Shown here in pieces: positions 23,573 through 35,441 of a DNA stretch of 64,000 nucleotides. The notes beneath the pieces are model-generated. The model saw only the letters and a program-made list of their open reading frames with translations, was not told the DNA's origin and did not search any database. The stretch covers positions 186,001 to 250,000 of the forward strand of contig JAYWIR010000017.1 of assembly GCA_036172245.1 (NCBI GenBank), read 5' to 3'. The position numbers and the translations under genes were made by a program. The stretch comes from Raillietiella orientalis. Its lineage: Eukaryota. Every line of letters begins with the position of its first letter. Position 1 is the stretch's first letter.

Positions 23573-26500
23573 CACAGTATCCGATTTGGCAAACCTCTCC
23601 GTATGCCACTCCAGAAGTCAAAATAAAAGCAGAGCTACAAAAAAAAAAGTACACGCTAAATCCCGGAAGCACTGCTTTCCATTCGTTCACAGATCTGGTC
23701 AATTCTGTTTTAGCAATCTTCCATACCCAGGAGTCATAAACGCTTCCGTCAGATAGTAAGCATCCGGTCAAAATTAAGAAACACCCACCAGACAGTACGG
23801 CTCAAAATCGCCGCATCGATCCGAGGAAATAAACGACTATTTGACACAGGATGAAACAAAATAATACACATGCTTAGAAGACGGGACAGAGGATGAATAC
23901 TCTGCTGCGATTTCTCCTGGATATGAATATCTTCAAGTAATTGAAGAGGACGTAAAAGGAACCTCCATTCGTACTTCAGCGACGCTTCTTAGAAACTGCT
24001 GGCAACTTTTCTTCTCGGTCCGTTTAATTGCAACGCACTGAAACGAAAAGTAAGAGCTCACATTCATCCATGCGATCTGAGCAACTATTGCTGGTGCTAC
24101 AACGAGTCATGCCCAGCAGGTATCTTGAAAAGCAGGCAATAAGCTGCCACCGCTCATTCGCGTGCTATTCCAAGGCAAGAATTTCACGAACGACCTCACT
24201 TGAAATTCTAGCTCCCGACTCTACTGAAGGAGCTTTTGGTCCATTTCGGTTCCTTCATCCTTTCCTTTATTTCCACTGCTTCCTGCCTCCGCTATGGGGT
24301 TCTACAGATGTGTCTGTAGATCACGGCTTGGTCGAACGCTTCACTTCCAACCTGATTACCCTCCTTCCCTCCCCGTCAGCATCCTGCTCGGCTTTGTGGA
24401 CGAGGATCAGAAAATCCGAGGCAACGTGGAAAGTGCAGATCCCTATCATGTGGCCAAATAAGTTGCCACTGCTCGGCGGTTCTGAACATAGATATACATG
24501 CTCCTGCAGCCATGAGACACTCTCAACCGACTGTTGGATACATGCAATGGGTTCCAGCAGATGTAGTGAACAATTATTTTACTACCAACCAATCCGTTGA
24601 GAAAACAGAAAGACAATGGCGCAGATGTCCCTTCGGAAACTGATTTTTTTCTCTCTCCTAAGTTGGTTATCCATCTGTGGCACATGGAAGAGGCAACTCT
24701 TGCTTTGTTATTAGTCTTTTCTATATAGTCTTTGCTATTCTCCCTCAGTCATACCGCCTCATCGTCATACCGCTTTCTGCATCAAGAGGTCTTTGCTTCT
24801 TCTGAATCCCAGCCATAATCTGACTACGATCAATTAAGAACAAGGAATTATAAGATCTAGTGCAAATGCATGAACAAGAGAACGGAGTCTTTCTTGGTTC
24901 CTATTAAACGGAGGTGATGGAACTTCCTATGATGCTTTAGACAGTTCCTCAAACGTCTCTGTCATCTTTGGACTGGTTTACATCCAGTGAAAGCGCGTTC
25001 TGTTAAAGTTCCTACAGTCCCTTGTCTGCTGCATTGCTTTCTGTAGCAAAAGTCTGCAGTATTCCTTTTATTGACAGTGACCTTCCACTTTACACATTGA
25101 GAAACACTGAATATCAAAAAGTTTAGACTAAACTCAGGAGGATTTTCTCAGGATCTGCTACCAGTCAGTTCACAAAATGAAAAGGAAAAGAAGGAGGCTG
25201 AGTTTTAAATACCTGAATTCTGTTCATCAGTCTCCTCATTTCTATTTTTCGGTAATCTTTCTATTCTTTTCTATTAGTCTCTGTGTGCTCCCTCAAAGAG
25301 AGGGACTCTGTTGCTGAGCACCCGTGGCAATCGGATTGACGCCGACAACTGCTGGAAATTAGACATTTCCTCATTTGGGAGGTTCCCTTCTCTTAGATTT
25401 CCCCCTTCTCAAATTAAAGAAAGGAAGGAAGAAAGAATTCATCCTCTTGCTGAAGGACCTGTGTTCCTTCCTTGGTATCGCTCCAGGTGCTGGGTGACCG
25501 CGGCGTAGCTCATCATTCATGTTGAGCATCTCCTGCCACTTCTTGAGTTTGCCTCTCAGGAGTTCAGCAGCGCTTCCATCCAGATCGCTTCTCTATAAAC
25601 GCCTCGTTTCTTTTACCTAAATCAGGTATCATGGTATGGTGGGAGACAATCGCTCCCTTCCTTAGCCGTTGGGAACTCAAACTGTTTGTAACGAGTCTCA
25701 CACTATTGGGCGCCCTTTCATGCCCTGCTTCAGCCATGGCATCCGGCGCAAACGCTCCGAAACTATCGTTCCAAAGAATGGAGTGCCCAAAGATATTGCA
25801 TGTAGCACATTGCACTTCTTCCTGTGACTTCCAACTGCCGGAAGAAAAGAAAAAAAATGTAAAGAAGAACTAACTGACTTTGGAGCATCGGAGGAAATCG
25901 CGCACCTGGGGACCTTCGACTATGCCTAAGGAGACAGCTCCGAAGCCATGCCGTTCTGCATCCGTGACCCGGGAACCGTGCTGTCTCTGGAGTGCATGCA
26001 GACCTTGAGAGCGTCCTCCCTGTCAGTGGTTAAGACTGGAGCGACGGGTTTGGCAGGACCTTCCTTGTGGTCTGCAGCGGCGGGAAGATCGGACCTGAGG
26101 GCACCTTCCAGAGAGAGTCGACAGCGTCTACTACCTGTGGTTAGGGCGGCAACAAGTGCGGACCGCCGAGGTCTTTCTCAATCTCTCGAGCACCTTCCTG
26201 GAGGTCACCAATGGCTACAACAGCCGCGGTGACCCAAATGGCAACTCCGCGCTGTGCCGGAGGGACCGGAACCTTTGGAGAACACCCGGCGACTCCTCAC
26301 GAGCACCGCTAGCGACTGGAATCACTTCTCTCTGGGAGCGAGTGACCACCTGGTGGTGGCCAACGAGTGCGAGACGGAAGCCGGTGGGAAGGACGACTAA
26401 GCAACCTCCTTCAAACTGTCCTAGAGTTCATTTGTCCCTTTCCAGTGCCAGGGGATGCCCGTGAGGAACGGAATCGCTTCCTTCTCGCCCTGGCAGCCTG

Positions 26501-29500
26501 GAAGGCCTGAGGCTCTTCCCAGGAGAAATGTCAGAGGAATAGAACAAGTGTACTCGGATCGATAAATCAGTTACAAGATGTAAAACCTTTTGTTTTCTCT
26601 TTCATTCATCTTCGTGACTCCATTAGTAAAGACGAAAAAGACAGCAACCGCAATCAGAGAGCGGCAACGAAGCTTTTCGTCTTCTCCGCTATGAGAGTTG
26701 TTCTTTGTGCACAAAGATAAGCTTCTAAGGTATACGGATCGATTCCATTCTGTCAGCCCCATGCCACCACTGAATTCTACGTCATTCCGACTCAAGCAAC
26801 GACCAGTGACAACGGCGTGGACAAACCCCAAGTCATTCAACCACTCTCCTGCGTATGTCTCAAGCGCCGTTCCGAGCGCTCACATCCTCGGTTGACTTGT
26901 GGCACTTCCGGTACGGCAAACCAAGAAAGAGTATTCTCCATCCACGAGTCACCATCCGAAAATGTACCTATCTATCCCCTCCATCCACGACAGTTCCGTC
27001 TGGAAACCCCCAATACTGACGAAGCCAGAAGAGCGTGGAGCTGGATCAGTTCGAAGCCTTTTTTTTTTTTGGACGTGGGCGTCTTTGCAAGATCTCTTCT
27101 GGAGATTCAGCAAGCATTTGGAACCAGAGAAAAGTAGCGAGGCGCCTCCCGGAAGGAAGGAGACGTCGCGTCTGGAATCAAAGCAGCTGGTCTTCCGCTT
27201 CACCGAGTTCTTCGCAGCTGCAAGCAAGGGCGGCTTGCGAAGTATCTTCTTTGTCGGTGGTTAAGACCTCGGGCGTCTCGAGCCGTAGCCGAGCTTGCTT
27301 CCGGGATGCTGCGTAACAGCTCCGGAACGACTGCAAACGGGGATGGGTATGCGCATACCTCAGCATGTATGCGTGAAGTGCCGGTGGGATCGAGGAAACA
27401 AGGAGCTGTCCAGACGGAAGACGCGTTTCCCGGAGAAGGAACTTCCATCAGGAACGCCCGCTTCAGAGAGAACGGACTCCCTTTCCTGGAACGCTTACGA
27501 GACCGGCCAGGTAAACGAAGGAGGCGGGTGGTCAGTGAGCGTCGAGTCCTGTGCCCGATGGCCTGAGATTTGCAGGTACATTCGAAGCGCCACTACGGCG
27601 CTGTGCCCATTGGCATTCTGAGGTACACAACGTGATATACGAAAATGTCTCAACGCCAGCGTTACTCTTGCGGATGTTGCCGGAGTAGAAGAACCAGCTG
27701 TCGATGCTGAAGGCCACTTCTCACCCGTCGTTTGGACTTGATTAGAGTTTGGCATTCCCGTCTCCAGGGCAGACGGATTAGGCATGCTCACTCCGTGTGA
27801 CCATGGCCTTTCCTCCACTCACTTCACATGAAGTGGAACTCTTTCGTCGCTTGCTGTCCGTCCTCCACGCTACGATAGCTCTCGTCTTGCACCGAGGCCT
27901 GCCTCGCCTACAGCCGGTGTCCCGGTTTCCGAGAACTTCACCCGGATTTAGCAGCAAGGACGACTGCCAGCCGCAAAATACGACTTGACTTCGTATTCGA
28001 GTCGAGATCGAGACCTCGGTTTCGCCCATCATGATGAGAAAAAGAGCATCAGGCCTTTCGTGACCCTGAGTTATCTAATGGTGAGGCGCGTTCTTCAGGA
28101 GCTCATCCTCGAATAGAGCAACGAAGAAGCCAACTGAGTAAAGGGCTTTCGAAAACAGGAGTGCTCCTTGTGCACGGGAAGGGGAGGAAGAGAGAAATGG
28201 AATGAGTGGACTCCCGACGATCCTCGCGTTATACGAGCCCTACGGGCTACACTTGAATGATATAAATGACAAAAGAAATGCATCCTAGATGCCACAGCAG
28301 TAGAATATCTGTTATTTCACTTTAAGACCAAAATGAAAAATGCTTGTTTATTATTTACATTGATATATAAAAAAAACTTAAGAGTTTGGTTGGTAATCAG
28401 CCAATCTGAACAAATCCATGGATTCGTCTCTACCATTCGCTTTGTTCAGCAGTTCTGCCTGCTTAAGTGATGTGTTTAAACAAAAAAAAGCAGCTGAACT
28501 GACACAACACCACAAAAATAAATTAAACTTAAATTGAATTAAATTAAAGTGTACCCGCAGCGTCGTACGGGGCCGATACGGACCACTGCCACCTTTCCGT
28601 CGCGTTGTAAGAATCTGCGTTGGGGTACGTTCACTTCACTTCTGTTACATACGGGAAAGAGAGATTACGGTTGTGTTCCCGCTCCCTGAAGACGCGCGCA
28701 CTCAGCAGACGAGGAGGGACGCTGACGGGAAGGCGCTCTCCGCTTCTTGCAACGCGGTCTGAAGGAGCCAACGCTGAAGTTTCCTCCAGCGGCCACCGAG
28801 ATTCGAAATTCGATCCGAAGAGGTCGCGTCTTTGCACTTCCGTCCGGAAGCTTCCGCATACCGGCAGGTGCCGATTCCCCCACTCCTTTCGCGTGAGCGG
28901 ACGAGCCGGGAGAAAGGAAACCGTGAGGCAAGTCGGACAGGAGGAGGGGCCGGCCTTGTTTCGCGTCGTCGAGGAGAGGGTTCGGCTTCGCCCGAACGCG
29001 CCAAAGGAGGGACGCGAGTGCCCGGCGAGCCTGGCGGAGCCATTCCGAAAAGAAGAGGAGCGAAGTGCTCCCGGGGAATCTCGGCGAGCAAGGAGAGTCC
29101 CTCGCCGTCGTCACGCGGAGACGCCTCATCCCGAGACCTTACCGAGTCTGAAATTCGACGCTCCGAAACTGCTCAGGTCTCGCCTTCCTTCCTTGGGCGA
29201 AGCGTGAGAAGTCGTCATTGGGCTTTGCAGTTGGAGATGAGATGGCCGACCCACCTCCACCGCACACGATTGATCGCAATTCGCTGCTTAGCCCGCCCCG
29301 GGATCTGACCAATGGTCCCTGACAGTCTTGTTCTCTCCAATGACCTTTCGGCTGCGACAGCAAGGGCTACGGATGGTTTCGGTACAGAGGGAGAGTCTCG
29401 GAACTGAACGCCTCTTCTGACCTTTCGGGGTGAACTCGGGGGCCAGAAGCAGCCAGTCCCTGCTGTCTTTTAGGAGACTTTAAGGATACCCGAGAGGATG

Positions 29501-32500
29501 CGACTACCGTACGAATGATCTCGAAAGCAGAAAGCAAACCCAAGCCGGCTAAAGAAGACGTGAGATGGCACATCTTGAGGAACTGCGGCAAATGGAATCA
29601 CCTCGCAGGCCGGGAGGTGAGGCTTCCGTCGAACAGTCTTCGAAGGCAGCACGAAGAAGGAACCTTCGTTCCAGAGGATTCTTCGAATCTTCACGAGGGT
29701 AAAGAGGATGTGGAAAAGTCCATTCCAGAGAAGAGGGAATGCGTAGGCAATTCTGATATGATGGCTGCATTCCAGATGGCCCAGATGTTCCACGGCAATG
29801 CTGAAGAACCCATTGCATGCACTGCTCTTTCGGAAAACAGGAGGACCCACCACCTAGGTGGCAGCTCCTGCGCAGTCATGCATTTCATCTTGCCCTTTAA
29901 ATTTATGGAACCGTTGCAGAGATTGCCGTTGGCCGAGTCGTCCTTCTACTGTGGTAGGAGTGTTTGGCCAAAAGCGGCATCGATCATGTGGACGAAAAGT
30001 TAAAATCTCCAATGTCGAAATTCCGTGAGTCTTGCTGAGAACTCATCGGATGTAGAGCGGTCAGAATCCAAGCAGATTCTGTCCTGGGAGGGAAATCACC
30101 GTGCTTCTGTCTGAACCACCAGATTCCATAAAGTAGGGTTTCTACTAGTGAAAGCTGGAAACCGGATGTCCCCGTTGACTGGTACGCGGATTGGAAGTTG
30201 ACCCTATGAGGTCTTTCCAGGAAGCGAGGAGCCAGTTCCCTTCGGGGTTGTTCGCCTCCGGTTGTAAAAACGGAGCCGTACCATGGAGATGGTTGATACC
30301 CTCCTCGGGGGGTTGCCTGTCTAGAATATCCCCTTTCAGGAGTACTCTTCAAATAAATTTGGAAGCGTCCCTTCGTGGCTCACTTCTGAGGAAGAAATAA
30401 GAAGTGGTTCCCTTGAGGGTTCCCTCTGGATAAGAAATGAGGAGCGACCCTCCACAAACCGTGGGGAGAGAGCGAGGAAGAGGTTCCCCTCTTCGTTCTT
30501 GATAGGGACTCTTACGGTTGGTAGGGAACTCTACCAAGCGTAAGAGGAACCGACACCTTTCTCCAGAGCCTTCCTGAATTCATAGGGTGATCCCTACGAG
30601 GTTGCCCTCTAACTGAAGTCTTCTATTGTTGGGTTCAGGATCACAGACTTTCAGCAAGGAGGAAGTGCAAACCCGAAAAGAGGTAAAGGATCACATCGTA
30701 TGAAAACAAAGCCTGCGGTGAGCTGCATGCTGAGCATGAAAGATTTCGTTCTGAGAGGAAGGCGCATCTTATATCCATAAGCATCTCGTTTCCTTCCTCA
30801 GCGAGTCGCTTTTCCTTTCATTGGACCGAACGCATTTCCTGAGACCTGCGGATCGAAAAATTAGGGATTTTCGGAAGGAAACGAGGAACAGACTGCAGGC
30901 CTAGGAATTGGCAATGTATAGCCTTCTGGAGACAGAATTCTCTCAGCAGTAATTTTAATCGCAAATGATAACTTTTAATTCGGCAAGATGGAAAGCGCAG
31001 TCATAATCACAGCTGCTGCCATCTTTACCGCCCTCCCGATTTGGAAAGTGGGCTGTGGAATCATCAACATGCTCTGGCATCACAGCATCATCAGCTAGAA
31101 AGTATCGTATGATGATCATAGATACGAAGCATGCACCTCGTGGGCTTTGCTTCATGAATATTCTGGTTCATCTCAAGACATCGCCGAGGCTTCAGAGTTT
31201 CAACGTGGATGCCAAAGAACCGTCATTTTACACCAATACAAGGGAGAGCTACCGTCTTCTAGGTTTTCCTGATAGCTTCTGCGGTTTCTTGGGAGACAGG
31301 GCCACGAAAGAGGATGTTTTCTTTTCAGCTTCACGCGACAACTCTGACAGCTTCATCTCAACCTGCGTAAGGGCCATTTTGCCAATCGTGTGTCATTCAA
31401 GTACTGGGTCTCATGAAACAACATGGCATCGTTCCTGATGCAGACACATCGGGTGTGAAAATCTCTGCGTGAATGCATCCTGGAGGTCAGAATCATCCCG
31501 TCCGCATAATCCGGAGAACAGCCTAGCTCATGAACAGCTCGATTTGTCTTATCTGTCAAGTATTCTGTGTGCCAATAAACAAAGAGCTTAGTGGACTAAT
31601 CGACAGCAGCTTCTTATGCAGTTTAAGATCTCTGGTCTAAGAACGAAGCCGGAAATTACGTCTGCAGTCACAGAATCTCAGATACTGAAGTCGTTAGAAT
31701 GCATTCAGGTGCTGTGGACAACAAAATAAATAAATAAAGCCAGGGAAAGAAAAGCGTCCATTGACTTACACGAGCATCTCATTCGTATCTAAGAAATGCA
31801 TTCAGTATCAGCGTGGAAGCAGGAAAGCGCCAAGTGAGGAGGGATTACCGCTGTCGCCTGGGATACGAAGATGCAGCTTTCGTGTTTGTTCACCAATTTG
31901 GGAGTTGATATCTTATTGGTCTCATCAAGAGAGAAGATTTCTCTTGCCCCCAGGCATCGAAAGCAGTAGATTTATAGAGTGTTGGACACGATGTGGAGTA
32001 GGAAACGTTTGCGGAAAGATTGACCTTGGATTGACGGAAACTTTCAGCTCACATTGACAGTCAGCTGTTTTTCTTACTCTGCTTCCCTTCAGCATATGTT
32101 CCCTTCCTAGGAATGCATCCTCACTTTTTCTTCCCGATCTGTTGTTTTTTCCCTTCTCTTTTCATTCCACACTCTGGGCACCTAACGGGACTCCTCGGTT
32201 CACTTCTTTCTGTGACCTCCCATTTCCAAATCACCCGCGCAAGTGATGGTGAAAGGAAATCGCCGATCCCTTAGCTGGCTGTGCCTCGAGGACGAAAGCA
32301 AGCGGAGCTTTTCGCCTTCAACGATTTTCAACAGCTGCCTGCCAGAAGATGGGGACTTCCTCCAGGAGGGGCTTTGGGGTTCCTGAGACACCTTCGAGTC
32401 CCCGGCTAGCGTCGGCCGGTAGCGAAGAGGGCGCGAGCCATCGTGCGCGAGACGCGAAACGGCCGTCCGCAAATCCCCCTCAGCGGCAGTCAGTTCCCAC

Positions 32501-35175
32501 GTCGACGTCAAACCCCGTTCTCACGAGCCTTCGTGGAGGCACAGCCTAGCGCGTCCCGAAAGCGGTTCCAAACCGCATGTGGTGTGAGACCGCAAGACCA
32601 TCGGAAGCCTCTTCATCACCTCGGATGCCGACCTTCCCGCAAAACTGCATCCTACCAAGAATTCGTTCCTCTTAGATCCAATGGGCTTTTTGCGTTTGCT
32701 ACCGCTCCCTTTCCAAGCACAAAAAGAACTGGACTTCGAGTTTCCAGCCTCAGTAAATAATTGCATAAAACGCTATCTAGAAAACTCTGCAGAAATCGTA
32801 CCAATGCGATTGATTTGGTTTCCTGTGGGGCGTAAGATAACAGCGAACATCAGTTTGTTGAATTGCAGGCAACGATAAATCCCAGTACGAGAGAATCGGG
32901 AACGAGTGAGAGCTGATAATGTGTGACATACGCGACGCTTGAATTGATAACACCACTCGAGATCCGTGTCCTCTCTGCAGTTGTCACTGCACTTTGCTCC
33001 CGAATCACTGAACACGAAGGGCTGGATTCTTCTCTGAAAGAACTGCTTCGTTTAGAGAACTTCACGAGCGTCCTGCGACCTGTTCCGTTAAAGGGTCAGA
33101 ATCGAAATTTCAGCGGTGAAATCGAGCATGGTCACCACCACTATCCCATCCAGCCTTGTCGACCCCCGCTGGGTACCACAGTTCGGCTGTTTTCCCCGGG
33201 AACTTGCCGATGCATGTCTTGAGTGATTACAAAAGTCGATCTTTGGACCTCCGCGCATCTGCGATTCCACTCAGTTTATTATCTGTCTTGCAGGAACGGG
33301 TTTGGCAGAACGGTCTCAGAGGCTTAGGCTGTCTAACGAGAAAAACCGCATTTTCTCGAAAAAAAAAAAAAAACATCAGACTGGAGACAGCATTCGAAAA
33401 GGATTTGTCTTGTGCTTTGATTTTTCGCAGCTCGTACCATCATCATTATCTCAGCATGGCAAGAAATGGAAAACAACAGAAATCTGATGCAAAATGGAAC
33501 GATAGGAAAGAACTGTGGATTCCTGATTTCGGCGTGTTTCGAGTTTTGTATTCGCCACCGTACTTGCTGTTGTACTCGCTTTTGGCGTATGTTCGCCAGA
33601 AGTTATCCTTTGTGTCACTTGTGGAGTTCTGCTTGGTTACTTCTGCGCTCAACGCCATAGATAAATTAGCTGATCAGGTACGGTCTGGCTGGAAAAGTGA
33701 GCTATGGGGAAAGTAATTGGATTGGCCCTCTCCTCCACTGCACCGTAAAGAGCGAACAGATTGTGATCAGACCTCCGGCGTGAATCAGCTCAAAACATTG
33801 GTTCGTTCCAAATGTGCCTGGCTCCAGAGCAGGAGAACTGCTGTTGCTGAGGAGCAGTTCTTCCCTCTGTTTATAAGGAAATGTTGCTCTTTAAGTTTCG
33901 TACACTTTCTTTACGCGCATCGTCTCCGCGTCTGCATTAGTTTCGGAAATAAACTCTTTCCCAGGAAAAACCCTCCCCCGAAAATCTGATTTGCTCAACC
34001 ACAATGAACCTCCGGAATTCTCAGGGCTATTAAAGCCATATCTGAGCTAAGATTAGCCCGGTTCGAAAACTCTTGAAACACTTTGGAAGCTCACTGAAGA
34101 AACACTGCGAAAGCTTGTAAATACACTCACGCTAAATATTTACTAAAAAGTTAGAAACAAGATATGCTACTGGCAGTGTTCCAAAGGAACACCTCAGATA
34201 CTCAGATCCAGGTAATGGGCCTTGATCACCTTAGCCAAGAAGTTTTATCGTGCATTTGAAAAAAGAACAGTGTTTAACCAAACTTCCATTGTTTCCAACG
34301 CTTATACACTTGTTGTGTGTTTCGAGTACGAATGCCAAAACAAAACACACACAAATATATATATGTATGTATGTATGTATATCAAGCACGTATACGTGTT
34401 ATAAAGAAAGCCATTTTTCCATTCAGAAAGAGAATTTGCTGGAACAGCTATGGCAAAAGTTTGTTTGCTACTTCTTGAAAGGGAAAAATTCAGACCAAGT
34501 CCGTTATCTGGAAAAAAATTCTCCATGGTTATGGATCATAATTTTCACGCCATCATCTCCCGAAAGTTTCTTCCCTTTTTCATTTTCGCTTCGTTTTGTT
34601 TTTGTTTGTTTGTTTGTTTGTGGGAGTGTAGGCGTGTGGGTGTGCTTTTTGTCCCTTGGGAATCGTCATCGTTCATATGATTACTGTCGTCTCGGATGAA
34701 CTTCGAATGGAAGGCCGGGATTAAACCCAGGAATGGTAACCCAGGAATCTGGATTGTGTGCCCTCCATCTTCAACACGGCTGCGCCGGCTTCATGAGCAC
34801 TTTGTCGACCATCGGGACATTTGTAGCTATTGAGGCTGTGAGTCAAAATTCTCATGAGAAAAGTCCGATGCTTTGGATTCTGAACCCTCGAATCTCGAAA
34901 GCAGGGTTCTCCCCCTCCTGCCTCGGTTTTCTCTCCAAACGCTTGCGCTTATTCTCCTTTAACTTGTTTTTGGAGTTACGGGGTCACCATTCCTCATCCT
35001 GGCTGTACGGCAGAATGCCCGTGAGATGGCATGTGTCTCTCGTACACGGCATGCACTAGGAAAGATGCGTTACAAGCCACCAGAAGGATGCTGGATAATA
35101 AATTCAACAGACATCTGTAGCAGTTGCTTGCAGCGTGTATCAGTGCAGAAACACGCATACTGGTTTGTGTATTTT

Positions 35176-35441
35176 TTAAAGAGAATACAAATTTTCACAA
35201 TTTTTATATGCACTCCCTTCGGAAGCGTAACCAAGCATTTTCGTGAACGCTTGTCGTATTCGTCTGGTGATCTTCACAATTTTGGCACTGGACTCAGACA
35301 GAGGTTTGGGATTCTGCAGCACATCTTGGTATAATTGCAACTGGGCGACCAAACCCACTAAAAGTTCATCAACGTTATGACTGATTGCAACAGAGATTTC
35401 CACCCATTTGCACCTGTAAGCTACGGCGAGGCTTTTTCCTG
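35176..35441 (-). CDS. Rgk: RGK terminal exon 5 (G5 and C-terminal tail)
   Basis: ATTTTTTAG acceptor; GKSLAVAYRCKWVEISVAISHNVDELLVGLVAQLQL..KNCENLYSL*. Confidence 0.9.

Noticed and set aside
34700..34740. tRNA T-arm/B-box-like sequence; similar GGTTCGAA motifs at ~6291 and ~34060
   Set aside because: No cloverleaf or A-box; not a tRNA gene.
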